Shown piece by piece: positions 16,652-28,400 of a stretch of DNA of 64,000 nucleotides; positions within the stretch are counted from its first letter, which is position 1; every line of letters starts with the position of its first letter. Source of the DNA: an uncultured Candidatus Poseidoniales archaeon (GTDB lineage: Archaea; Thermoplasmatota; Poseidoniia; Poseidoniales; Poseidoniaceae). The DNA lies in NCBI GenBank assembly GCA_964613395.1, contig CAZTGO010000006.1:3764-67763 (forward strand). The letters run 5' to 3'. The position numbers and the translations under genes were made by a program. The notes under the pieces were generated by a model. It searched no databases. It was given only the letters and a program-made list of their open reading frames with translations, and was not told the origin of the DNA.

Positions 16652-19402
16652 TTACGAATGAGTTGCCTTAGGTGGGCGAAATCGTTTTTGTAACGCCTTG
16701 AACGATTCGATAGTTTCAGTGTAAAGCGACACGAGTGTGCTTCGTAAAAGTGGCCACATCTGGCCGTTTTGGGCGAGCCTTGCACCGTTGAAAATCACGA
16801 GAATCACCGATGCTTCGTGTATCAAAACACCAACCCATAATTGATCGTACATTTGGTAAATGACAGCGACCACAAGAGCAATGGTGATTCCAACAGAAAT
16901 TAAGAGGTTTTGAGACAGCGTTCGTTGAGCTTTTCTAGCGAGGTCAATCATCTCTGTGAGCATTCGCGGGTCATCGCTAGGTATGAGAATATCAGCAGCC
17001 TCAAGATTCACAGATTCCCCTGTACCCACAGCGACACCAACATCTGCGACCGCTAACGCTGCTGCATCGTTAAATCCATCACCAACCATCATTGTGATGT
17101 GCGTTTGTGAACGCCCTTCGACCCATTTTACCTTGCGTTCGGGGTCAAGTTCGCCGTGTGCAGCGTTTTGGGGTAGACCGATTTGTTGAGCAAATTCATC
17201 CACAGCACGTTGCTGGTCACCTGAAATAATTTCGACGTTGATATGGCGACTGTAAAATTCAGGTACGAGCGTTTCAGAGCCCACTCTCGTGTCATCGTGA
17301 ACAAATGTAAACAGTCCAATCACTTTGTCGTCTTTCAACAGAACGCTAGCACCGTGACCTGCTTCAAGTGCATTCTCAAGGGCATCTTGAATAGACTTGT
17401 CTGCATTCTTCATCGTCGCATCTTTTTGATTTGCTCGTAGAAATTTGACCTTTGATTGACGATATTCACCCGAAACTCCCCCATCGATGTCCTGTAAATT
17501 AGAGATTGGGGGTGCTTCAACATCTTCTTTGAAGCAATGCTCCAGTATCGAAAGTGCATATGGGTGGGAAGAACGCTGTTCAAGCCCTGCTGCAATCTTC
17601 AAGACTGTATCTTTTCTCTGTCCTTTTGCAGTGACGACTTCACCAATCTTTGGCTTACCTGATGTGAGTGTACCGGTTTTATCGAGCAACACATGGTTGA
17701 CCTTTGCAAGTCGTTCAAACACATCACCACCGCGGACGATTACACCTCGCTGAGCCGCATGAGACAAGGCTGCTGCGTGTGGTACTGGGGTGGCAAGAAG
17801 CAAAGCACATGGACATGAAACAACCCAAAGTAAGAGGATGATTTTCCAGTCGTTTGGGAACATAAAGTACCACACAGCGAACGCACCGAACAACACAAAT
17901 GGCACCCATACCGCAGTGAATTTTTCCAAACTCCCTTGAATCCTTGGAGGCACTTCCTTGAAAGAATGCACGGCTTCAATTAATCCAGACAAACGTGTAT
18001 CTTTTCCGGTTGCTGTGACTTTGATGAGCAGCGGTCCTTTTGCAAGGACAAGTCCTGCCTCAATTGAATCTCCTACGTTGACCTCGACTGGTACGGATTC
18101 ACCTGTTAACGGTGCTTTATCGAGAGAACCAGTACCTTCAATGATTACGCCATCTGCTGGAATCAATTCTCCACTACGAATCTCCAAAACATCACCTTTT
18201 CTCACAAGATCAATTGGAATGATGTCATCATCTTTACATGATGGAAGTGTTTGATTTGATGGCATAATTGTCGACGCCATTGGAAGAGAAATTGAAATTT
18301 TAGAAATGTTTTCCGCCTTTATTGGTGCTGATTTTTCAACACGGCGAGCTGTTCTTGGAAGACGGTCAAGGCCGCCTTGCATGGCTTCTCGTGCCTTCTT
18401 GAGAGCATCACCTTCGAGATGGGCAGTAAAAGCGACGAGTATAGCGACAATAAGGGCCTCTTCCCACATTCCCAAAATTCCTGCGCCAATGACGGCCAAA
18501 CTTGTGAGGACTTGGAAGCCCATCTGCCGATTTTTTAACGAACTTAAGCCCTCTTTAAACATCTGAGAGCCTCCAATTATCAAGCCTGGAATGGCTATAG
18601 CCCCGATCATCATCTCTGAAAGACCTGCAATTTCAGCCAACATCACGACGAGGAGAATTGGTACGGCAATACCACCACCGATTAATCGCCATTGGTCTGG
18701 ACGTATTCGGTCTGACCTTCCGATACCGTAACGGGGAGGTTGCCCAAGAATGTGTTCGAGTGCCTCATCCCTCAAAACAGCAAGTTCTGGAGGTAGTTCA
18801 GCAATCACTTGAATCAAAATACGGTCATCGCTTACCTCTGCATCGAGAATACCCGGCTGGTGTTTCAACAATTGTTCAACTTTACCGAGGGCGATATTGT
18901 TTCGGTGTGCTACTGCTGAGGCTTGGACGCCGAGCAACTCTTGGTGGACAACGTCGGGTGCGTGCCCAAGCGACCTCAAGATAGAGGAGACTTCAGAGGC
19001 GGAGCCGTGCTCAACATCAATTTGAAATCGTACCTCGCCGATTGTCGCTGAAACCCTTGGATCACTGACATGGTCAAGATACGATAATGCCCCCATCGCT
19101 TTTGAGGCACAGTCCGGGCAATCCATACCAATGAGCGGCCATGCCACCTCAAATTTTCCACGAAAATCTTTGATAATCGTTGTATCGAGAACTTCTGCAT
19201 CAAGAATTGAAGGATTATCGGTTCGTACATCCTCTTGTTGTTCTTGTTGTGGTTGGGAGATGATTTCCTCTTTTTCTAGCTGAACTGGATCATCATCATC
19301 GAGTGAAAGAAAGACTTCGTCTCCACTTTCATCGAAGTCCGCCATAAAGGTCCGAAACCTCGGTTCTTCATCAATACTCCCACATTGTTCATTTTGAATC
19401 AT
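16652..19402 (-). CDS. Heavy-metal P1B-type ATPase (CadA/ZntA-like); likely start near 19345
   Basis: HMA motif GMDCPDC, LTGES, VSCPCALLLATP, DKTGTLT, SSHPY, GDGFNDA. Confidence 0.95.
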   Translation of the reverse strand: MIQNEQCGSIDEEPRFRTFMADFDESGDEVFLSLDDDDPVQLEKEEIISQPQQEQQEDVRTDNPSILDAEVLDTTIIKDFRGKFEVAWPLIGMDCPDCASKAMGALSYLDHVSDPRVSATIGEVRFQIDVEHGSASEVSSILRSLGHAPDVVHQELLGVQASAVAHRNNIALGKVEQLLKHQPGILDAEVSDDRILIQVIAELPPELAVLRDEALEHILGQPPRYGIGRSDRIRPDQWRLIGGGIAVPILLVVMLAEIAGLSEMMIGAIAIPGLIIGGSQMFKEGLSSLKNRQMGFQVLTSLAVIGAGILGMWEEALIVAILVAFTAHLEGDALKKAREAMQGGLDRLPRTARRVEKSAPIKAENISKISISLPMASTIMPSNQTLPSCKDDDIIPIDLVRKGDVLEIRSGELIPADGVIIEGTGSLDKAPLTGESVPVEVNVGDSIEAGLVLAKGPLLIKVTATGKDTRLSGLIEAVHSFKEVPPRIQGSLEKFTAVWVPFVLFGAFAVWYFMFPNDWKIILLLWVVSCPCALLLATPVPHAAALSHAAQRGVIVRGGDVFERLAKVNHVLLDKTGTLTSGKPKIGEVVTAKGQRKDTVLKIAAGLEQRSSHPYALSILEHCFKEDVEAPPISNLQDIDGGVSGEYRQSKVKFLRANQKDATMKNADKSIQDALENALEAGHGASVLLKDDKVIGLFTFVHDDTRVGSETLVPEFYSRHINVEIISGDQQRAVDEFAQQIGLPQNAAHGELDPERKVKWVEGRSQTHITMMVGDGFNDAAALAVADVGVAVGTGESVNLEAADILIPSDDPRMLTEMIDLARKAQRTLSQNLLISVGITIALVVAVIYQMYDQLWVGVLIHEASVILVIFNGARLAQNGQMWPLLRSTLVSLYTETIESFKALQKRFRPPKATHS

Positions 19403-19435
19403 AACCTTGAAGGAAGTTTTTGTGGTGGGGTTATT

Positions 19436-20161
19436 ATGGAAATCTTACCACATGGTTGGACGCCATCCTACGTCGCCATAGACATCGATGGCACGATCAC
19501 GGATGAGAATAAGTTGCTTGATGGTGAAGCCATCAGCTCCCTTCGCCGTCTCGAAAAGGCTGGAATCCCGGTCATACTGAGTACGGGAAATGTTCGGGCC
19601 ATCACCTATGGGCTTTGGCGCTTTATTGGCCTCAATGGACCGATGTGTTGTGAAAACGGTGGTGTATTATGGGACCCATCATGGAAAGAACCTCTGGTCC
19701 GGGCTGACCCGGGAGACGCAAAGAGTGCGGCGTATTGGCTTGCAGAGCAAATTTCAGGGCTGGACCCAAAAGGGATTGAAACAAATCAATGGCGTGAAAG
19801 TGAATGGTGTTTACGAATCGATGAACCCTACGAAGAAATTTGCGCTTTACTCGAGAATAGTCAATACCACCATTTGTCTGTTGTACGGACTGGTTTTGCA
19901 ATTCACTTGATGGACGGTTTGCTTTCGAAAGGTCAGGGCCTAGAAGAATTATTTCGCATCAATTCAATTCAACCAGAAGATGTGCTCGCCATAGGCGATG
20001 CTCCCAATGATATTTCGATGTTTGAATTGTGTGGCCGTTCAATCGCCGTGAGTGAAGAATTTCCAGATGTCGTGGCCTCGGCTGATGTCGTTTCTCATGA
20101 GAAGCGTTCGAAAGCAATCCCTAAGATAGTTGACGAAATTCTGCTTCGGCTTCAACGATAG
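19436..20161 (+). CDS. HAD-superfamily phosphoglycolate phosphatase (TA0175/Cof type)
   Basis: AIDIDGTIT, LSTGN, CENGG, SKGQGL, AIGDAPNDISMF. Confidence 0.9.
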   Translation: MEILPHGWTPSYVAIDIDGTITDENKLLDGEAISSLRRLEKAGIPVILSTGNVRAITYGLWRFIGLNGPMCCENGGVLWDPSWKEPLVRADPGDAKSAAYWLAEQISGLDPKGIETNQWRESEWCLRIDEPYEEICALLENSQYHHLSVVRTGFAIHLMDGLLSKGQGLEELFRINSIQPEDVLAIGDAPNDISMFELCGRSIAVSEEFPDVVASADVVSHEKRSKAIPKIVDEILLRLQR

Positions 20162-20234
20162 AAAATTTTTATCCAAATTAAAATGATTGAGCGATTGGAG
20201 TGAATCAACCTTTCATAAGTCTTAGCGAACATCG

Positions 20235-20888
20235 TTGGGTATGCGCATTGTCACGCTCGTTCTTTTTTCAGCGGTGCTTGCACTTCCTACCGTCAGCGCT
20301 GAAACGTATCGTATTACGGGACAAGCAACCTACAGTGATGGGACTCCGGTCATGCTTGCTGAAGTTTCAATCGAGTGTCAGCAGGGGATTGTTGATTGCT
20401 ACCAATATCGTGGTACGAGTGAAATGACAGACACTCAAGGATTATTTCTCGTTGCTATTGAAGTAAATGAAGAAGACGACGGCACTGAATTGTACCTTCA
20501 GCTTCAAGGGCAGAATTTCCTCCATATCGTCGACTTAGCAACATTTCGTAACACCAGCGAAGGTAAAATGACACAAAATATCCAACTCTCACAAGACAAT
20601 GCCGGTTTAGGATTGTTTAGTGGTTTAGGTTGCTGCCTCGTTCTGTTTGGTCTTGTCTTCATGTCCACACTTCTTAGAACCGTTGCTGGTTTAGCTACAC
20701 CAAAAGGCCGACTAGCTTTTCAGGGCTATCAAGAACCAAGGCACTACGACTGTCCAATATGCAAAGCCAGTATCGCCCAACATCTTTTGGTTAAACATTT
20801 CATCATAGATCATGACCTTGAGCCAATGGATGCAGGTGAGTCCGCTGGACTCGTCATGCGAAAGTCATGGTTGAAGAGTGAAGAATAA
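20235..20888 (+). CDS. Exported beta-sandwich + TM + cytoplasmic C2H2-like motif protein
   Basis: Signal peptide and YRITGQATYSDGTP...TDTQGLF (transthyretin/carboxypeptidase-regulatory-like). TM LFSGLGCCLVLFGLVFMSTLL, then CPIC-x11-H-x4-H. Confidence 0.7.
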   Translation: MGMRIVTLVLFSAVLALPTVSAETYRITGQATYSDGTPVMLAEVSIECQQGIVDCYQYRGTSEMTDTQGLFLVAIEVNEEDDGTELYLQLQGQNFLHIVDLATFRNTSEGKMTQNIQLSQDNAGLGLFSGLGCCLVLFGLVFMSTLLRTVAGLATPKGRLAFQGYQEPRHYDCPICKASIAQHLLVKHFIIDHDLEPMDAGESAGLVMRKSWLKSEE

Positions 20889-21071
20889 GCAACATGATGA
20901 CACATACGCAGGTCTTCTATCCGGCTATCTCACTTGCCGTGTTTTGTGAAATTTTATTGAATGGTCACTCATTCGACACTGTAACGCCTTTCGCTCATAG
21001 TATCCATTTTTTCAAGGACGCTCAATATTGACCACATATAGTTCAAGTAGCCTTGACATCATCACTCACCT

Positions 21072-22337
21072 ATGGCAACACTTGCTGAGTATGGTTTCAT
21101 AGGTCTCGGAATACTCCTCGGTGCCGTCGTTGGTTACCTTCTCGCAAAATCAAAATTTGCTGAAATGGCAATGAAAGCAGAGGCCCAACTGGAAAAAGAA
21201 ATTGCTGCATCGGAAGCAAAAGCCGAGGTGGCGGAAGAGAGTAAAAAATCAATGAAGGCAGAGATGGAAAGCATCGCTTCTCAAGTGGCTCGACAAAACT
21301 CAGAGGATTTTTTGAGGTTGGCTGAAGAACGATTACGCGGCGTGCAAACCGAAGCGAGCAAAGATTACGATGCGAGGAAAAAAGAGGTTGAGTCTCTCGT
21401 CAATCCAATAAAAGAGCACTTAGAGAAACTCGAAAAAGCAACAAACGAACTTGAAAAGAATCGAGAAGGTGCATACCAAGGGATTGCTGAAATGGTCAAG
21501 GGTTTGCAAGAACAGACAACCACACTGCGGGACACCAATATCAAACTCTCTACTGCTCTACGAAGCTCGTCCAAGGCAAGAGGAAAGTGGGGCGAAGTCT
21601 CGCTGAAGAATATCGCCGAGGCTGCTGGAATGTTGCAACATTGTGATTTTGATGTGCAGGTCTCACTGAAATCTGGTAGTGGTGGAGCAATTGTCGATTT
21701 AGTGGCTAACATCCCGAATGGAGGGCATGTTCCAATCGATGCAAAAGTTCCTCTCGCTGCGTATTGGGATAGTCTCGACCTTGAGGACCCTGATGCTAAA
21801 AATTTGAAATTGAAGGAGCATGCTCAACAAGTCAAAAAACACATCGACGAACTAGCGAACAGAGATTATCCAAGATTTTTAGATGGAACCGATTTCACTG
21901 TTATGTTCATTCCAGCAGAACCAATTCTGTCAGCTGCTTTTGAAATTGAGCCAACGCTTCAAGAATACGCCTTTGCCAAACATGTGTTAGTCGTCACACC
22001 TGTTACATTACTCGCATTACTTCGGACAGTAGGTTTGTATTGGCAACAGCAAACAATGGCCGAAAATGCAAAACAAATACATGCACAATCAAGAGAATTT
22101 TACGATAGGGTGGCTAAATTTAGCGAAGATTTAGCAAAGGTGGGCAGGGGCTTATCAACTGCTGTTGGGGCATTCAATGCATCAATTGGCACATTTGAGA
22201 GTAGAATCTTACCCGCTGGAAAGAAAATCGAAGCGCTCAAAGTCACTGAGGGATCACAACGAAAGTTGGAAACGATTGAACTTCAAAATGATACTGTCCG
22301 ACAATTGAAAGAAGTCAACGATGATGAAGGGCATTGA
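21072..22337 (+). CDS. rmuC: DNA recombination protein RmuC
   Basis: N-terminal TM and coiled coil. RGKWGEVSL, IDAKVPL, HIDELANRDY, VMFIPAEP, VTPVTLLALLRTV. Confidence 0.92.
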   Translation: MATLAEYGFIGLGILLGAVVGYLLAKSKFAEMAMKAEAQLEKEIAASEAKAEVAEESKKSMKAEMESIASQVARQNSEDFLRLAEERLRGVQTEASKDYDARKKEVESLVNPIKEHLEKLEKATNELEKNREGAYQGIAEMVKGLQEQTTTLRDTNIKLSTALRSSSKARGKWGEVSLKNIAEAAGMLQHCDFDVQVSLKSGSGGAIVDLVANIPNGGHVPIDAKVPLAAYWDSLDLEDPDAKNLKLKEHAQQVKKHIDELANRDYPRFLDGTDFTVMFIPAEPILSAAFEIEPTLQEYAFAKHVLVVTPVTLLALLRTVGLYWQQQTMAENAKQIHAQSREFYDRVAKFSEDLAKVGRGLSTAVGAFNASIGTFESRILPAGKKIEALKVTEGSQRKLETIELQNDTVRQLKEVNDDEGH

Positions 22338-22342
22338 GTGAG

Positions 22343-22424
22343 TGCCGGTGGTAGGATTCGAACCTACGAAGCTATACGCAGCAGATCTTGAGTCTGGCCC
22401 CTTTGACCGCTCGGGAACACCGGC
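22343..22424 (-). tRNA. tRNA-Leu(CAA), CCA not encoded
   Basis: Reverse complement gives acceptor GCCGGTG/CACCGGC, anticodon loop CTCAAGA, a long variable arm, and T arm GTAGG-TTCGAAT-CCTAC. Confidence 0.95.
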
Positions 22425-22455
22425 TTAACTCCTGCGTGATGACTTCTCTTCTTGA

Positions 22456-25400
22456 CTATTCCTCTTCACTTTGATTCGCATATTCTTGCTCGCCTGAGAA
22501 CTGGGTTGTTTCATCGAAATTCACATGATCAAACCATTTCTCGACATTCCTATTTCTGCGGATAATGACGAGGAAAGCGAGAATGATAATACCCAAAATA
22601 GACAAGCCAGCATTGATCATTCCCGATGATGAATCTTCTTCTTGATACGGTTCAATAGAGGCCATTGGTATAGGAATTCGGGGGGTTTTATTTTCAAGTT
22701 CTATTGTGAGCCCTAAGCGCCCTTCTTTCCAAGCCTCAATCGTCCACGAAATTCTTTCGGTTTGTCCGCTGTCTAATGCTAGATCTGTTGAATTGAGAAT
22801 TCGTCCTTCATCGTTTCGAAGAATAAGTGTTGTGGATCCAGCCAGTAAGCCAGGATTAACGATATCGATATCAATCGACAATTCTTGACCTACCTTTGCT
22901 CGGTATGGATTGACAAGAATATCTTGAAACGCTGGTTCAAACGCAACGAGAGTAATACCAAATCGGTAAGGTTGGTTTTCACTTCCTAACCCAGTCATCT
23001 CATATCCTGCGTTGTCGATGACTTGGAACCAGATTTCAAACGAATCGCCCCGTTGGAACTCAACATCAGAAAATGAAAGATTCACATGCTGCTCAAAGGT
23101 TACTCTCGTCGAACCTGTCGTCTCTCCATCCAAGACAAACATTCGATGCATGCCGTCAACTGGCTTACCTGCACGATACAATTCAACAAACATGAGCGTC
23201 TCATGAATACCGATACCACCATCATCATTGACGACAAAAATGAGTTCGACGTTGTCAAGTGCGTTGCTCCTAAGATTCTCAAAAATTCCTTGAGGTAGTT
23301 CACCTCTTGGAGCATCTTCATCCATGAGTACGTTAAGATGAATTGTACTTGTATTCCATTCATCCATTCCCTCTAATGAAAACGAAAGCGTACCATCATC
23401 TTGAACCAGGACGATGGCCTCCATTACAATTGGAATCGAATACTGACCGATATCTGTCAAATTTACTTGCCCGACTCTTTGTCGCTCGCCATCGGATAGT
23501 ATCCATTTGATTGAACCTGTTGAAGGCAAAAATTCCGCTTGAATGAGAGATGAATTGTAGTACAAGCCTATGGTTGTGTTCACCACATCCCCGGTTGTCA
23601 CAGTCAACGTGTCATCATAGATACCTCCCTGTGAACCTGTTTCATCCTCAATCAAATCAATACGGAGGTCAACTGCACGCTCAGCCATCCATCTATACCG
23701 TTCCATGGTGGAGAAACCTATCGGTAGAGAGGAACCTTCGTCATGTACTGCAAAGGAGGGTAAATACGATTTTTCAGGTAAATTTGCAACCCTCTGCCAA
23801 GCAAGGCGGAACGAAAATTTAACCTCAAATGTCGATGAAGGGGTGCGTTGAACAATTTCAACTCGTGGTTGTTCCTCAAAGCATGACTCATCGAAATTGA
23901 GGTTGTTGTACCGCGGTAAAAAATGAATGTAACAAGACTGGAGGTTTTCACCAGACATAAGATGAAACCGAACACTATCAAGGGATTCAAGTCCATTCCC
24001 CTCTGTGAGTACCGCCGTGAACGAATGAAGGTAGCCGGGTAGCAAATGGCCTCCTTCGATGTCAAATTGAAAATCATCGATCTGTACAATGGTATCGGAT
24101 CTTCGGTGCACTTCAAATGTGGCTGCATCAGATTCTTCACCCTCAAACCCACCAAATTGTATTGAATTTCCGGCTAAATCAAAAGCATAAACAACAAGAC
24201 TCGCTTTACCAATTTGAGCTGTAGGGGCTAATATTTCATTCCAAGAGATCAAAGGCAAATCAATTTCTGCTGAGGTTTGTCCTTTGTTGACCGATACCCA
24301 AAGCGATTGATATTCATCGACATCCATGATGCCATCGTTATTGTCATCATCCCTGTACTCAAACCAAGTGCGGACCTCAATATTTGATGAAAGTCCTTCA
24401 TCGTCTTCGATGAATAAACGCACTGGAATGTTTTGTCCTTCCATCCAGATGTGTCCATCTAAAGACACCCGCCCTGTTGGGTCAAGAACATCAAGTTCGA
24501 CAAAACTCGGTGGTGACGAGTCGTGCAAAAAACGGATTTCTGAAATTGTTTGAGTTCGGTCGAGAGATGTCGTCATCGTTTGACTTTCTGGCCCACATCT
24601 TGAGATATATGCTTGGACTTTGAACCATGTGTTCGAAGGGAGGTCATCTTCATGGCTAGGAGATTCAATATCGATTGAAAAACGTCCATTCTCATCCACT
24701 TCACCGGTCCAATATCTTGCGAAATCGATTGGATTTTCTGGCCACTCAGGTTGACCGCCTGATGCGTTAATAGGTGGAACGGCCTGAAGGCGAATTGTAA
24801 TTTCAGCCTCGTTTGAACCGACCCAAATATTGGATGTTCCATCAAATCGAACCTTCCCTGTGACTTCCATCGATGAAGAAGGTTGAACGTGAAATGGCCA
24901 CATCGGGTCTGTCCAATCTCCAATCGAACGACCTAAAGTATCGGTAATCGAGAGTTCAACAATTTCCAAGTCGTTCTCGATTTGATTGAGTTGTGTGTTC
25001 GTAAATGAATGGAATGGACCCGCATACATGCCGTTCGAATCAGTCGATGTGAGGAAGTAATGCACATCATCAACATCATCGAGTAACCATGAACTCTTGA
25101 ATTTCCATTTGACTTCACAGGCATTCAATTGACAGGATATTATTGACGGCTGCAGTGCTGCTAAACCAAGTCCACTGTGCTGCCTAAATCGTGGTGCTGA
25201 GTCGATTTGGTCAACTTCAACAACTACAAAACTCGAATCGATATTTGAACTTGAACCTAATGAGAGGACAATCGAGGCAATGTCTGGTGCATCATTTGTT
25301 GTTTGTGCGGGGTTCACTCTCGAATGATATGTTGTGATTTCGACTTCTCGATTTGGTAGCCATTGATCGATTGTCGAGGATTCAACGGATTCGATGAACA

Positions 25401-28400
25401 TTGGGAGTTGAACTGTCGTTGCGTTGAGCCGGACACCTGCATTTGATGATTCAATAGCAATAGGAATGCCGATCATCTCATAATTTCCGCCTTGATATGA
25501 TGCGATTTTGGCATCTTCGAGAATTTGGTGGGATAATGATAATGCGAAAGTAGAGTGTTGATGATAGTGGAAAAATCGATTAATTTTGATTGTACCTTCA
25601 GCATTTGACTCGATGCGCATTTCGCATGTTTGCGTTTGAGCATTTGTACTTTCAATGTAGATTTGAGTTATTGTATTAGGACAATGTTGTTGTATTGGAA
25701 TGTAAAATGAATTTCTCCCCGCTGTGACATCGACTTGGTTTGTGGAAACGGTGAGGATTGAATTTGAAGAGAAATTTGTCGTCACATGAACAAATCCATA
25801 CTGATTGTGAGTATTGGGTAATGCACTTAACGGTAGAATGTAAGAAAGCGAAATATTGGACTGTGCAGACACTGGGATATCATCTGTGGCCGAAACCGGT
25901 GAAGTTTGCCCGTCGAGGAAAAACGAAGTCGAAAGTCCAAGACTCGATGGAATAGAATCAGGTGGCCAAGAGAAAAGATGTTCAGAGGTTTTGTCAAATT
26001 CAATTGAAATATTTGTGGGGAAAAGAACACAGGTTGGGGTAATGACTGCCCTTTCGAATGCTTGATTTTGTTCAAATTTCAAACGAAGAGTCAACACTGT
26101 TCTCGCAATGCTTGAGGAATAATTATACTGACGCTCCCCATTTTTATCTTGGTTATTCCACCAAGATGAATTGAACATTTCATCATCTGTCCACGATGCA
26201 TTCCACCCGTAGGTGACAAGATTTAGATGTGAAAATGGACAAACAGAAAACTCATTGACTCGCAATTCTTGTTGTTGCAATGATACAAATCCATCGTTCG
26301 AAAAGGTTCCCGAAAGTTGTGATAATTCTGCGGATTGTATGAAATGTTGAGGCCCTAGATGCAAACTGTGAATGGTTGGAGTGAGGTACTCATCTTCAGA
26401 TTCAAAATGTATCTGGACCTGAACTGATGGATACTCCACTGGGTCAATGAGAACCGGAAGAGGCAATTTTCGTCCTACGTAATCTGGAATCTGTTGTCCT
26501 TGATGGTCGAGAAGTGTGACTGAGATATCCGTTCCTGTTGGGATGTCATACCAGCCATCGAGGAGACCATAGCCATAATGTTGATCTGGCGAAATAGATG
26601 TTGAAGTCCATTGGCCAGTTTGCTGAAATACTTCAACCTCAAAATCAATGTCATCAATATACCATCCATCGTACTCAAGATATTGGTCGGAGAAAAACGA
26701 AAACCTTGCTCGTATGTGTTGACCTGAAATATTGTTCATTTCGAATGATTTTGGAATAAATTGTTGTGGTCGATTCTGAATGCAATTGCCTCCTTGGACA
26801 TTAGAACCATCGATGATACCGAGCATGTAATGAGGTGAATAGGGATTCACAGTAGAAATTTGGTCATGGAAATCCGGTACTGAATCCGGAATGTACCACC
26901 ATGATGCCCCATCATCTGTTGAAATCGACACCGTTCCACCATCCCAATTCGCCTCAGCGCACATCCACGAATTGAATTGCAGTCGTGCTGAAGCATTGTC
27001 CGGAACTACAAATTCTGGACTGATAAGATGGGTGTAGAGATTATTTGTGTATCGAGTAACGAGATTGATTGCAGCTCCATTTGAACCAGAAGAAAAGGCA
27101 CCGGGGCCGTATCCAGATGTATTTGCCGTAAGGCCAATCTCCCAACCAGTTTTGCCATTTGATAGAATTGACCAGCCTGCAGGTGCAACAACCGGGTTTT
27201 CGAAAGAGAATTGACGTGATGTTGGTCCGTTGTTTCCCAGTGAATTTGTCCATTGCCATTCGTTGATAAGTGTGGTCGAGGTGTTTTTCCAGCCACTTGG
27301 GTCTCCAATCGTTTGACTAGGCTGGCTCGAGAAGTTACTAATAACTCTTCGAACTGGAGATGGTGAGTTTCTACCTGCCCAAATGGCAACATCATCAATG
27401 ACCATGCCTTCCCAATCTTCTGAAAACGAACCCCCAAAATTCTTCACAGCATCTGTATTGACTTGGAAGGAGAATAGGATTTGGCTGGCGTTCTGGTGGC
27501 TGGACAAATTTGTTGGTAAGGCATATCGAACCGGAATCCAGCCGTAGGATTCCATTCTATACGTCACACCTTGGTGAGCAAAACCCCATCCCGGTAGACC
27601 CGGTATCGGAGAGATGACTTGCCAATTCGAACCATTATCTACACTGTACCATGTCGACAACTCATCGCTTGATGCTCCTTCAATATCCCAATTTGCCCAA
27701 AATTCAAATTCGAGTTGCCCGGATAATCCTGAAAGGTCTGCTTCAAGATACATGATTCCGTACGCATTTGGTGCATAATCCCCCGATAAATTTCCGTGAA
27801 TCCATGCACCTCTTGCATCACCTTCGTTTTCCAATGAAATATTGTCGATGAACCAACCGCCTCGTTGATCAGTTTGTGTTGAGGTTTCAATACAAAATCG
27901 CAATTGAAAATCGGTCGATGTGGCTACAAGGACATCGTCGAGGAGGATTGAATGCCGAAGCCATTGATTTGATTCCCCTGAATTTGCTGTCTGCGGCGCG
28001 TAAACAAGTCCTGTTGTTGAATTTTGATACCCCTCTTGTGGTGAGACGACTTGCCATGTTGATACGTTTCGAAATTCTATCCAGGCCGCATCAGAATCGA
28101 GAAGAGACGTCCATGAATCAAATGAAAATGAATAATTTCGAAACATGTTTGGTGTTGATAGCGTTGGAGATTGAATGCATGTGTACATGGATGACGACAG
28201 ATTTCCAGAAGAGGTCGTTGAGAGAGAATACATACCATCCGTTCCTTGTGAAGGATGCGCCATATCGGTCGACAATGTGTTGTTTGCAAGATCGACAACT
28301 TCCCAAATCGTGTGATTCTGTCCTATGGAAAACCAGCCTTCCGGCTGCAACGTCAAGGATTCGAAATCTGTTGATTCGCCTCGAATTTCTTGTACTGCTA

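Noticed and set aside
22343-22424. tRNA-Leu as a pseudogene or integration scar (C:C mismatch at top of anticodon stem, no CCA)
   Set aside because: All other stems and the T loop are intact, and a non-encoded CCA is common in archaea.
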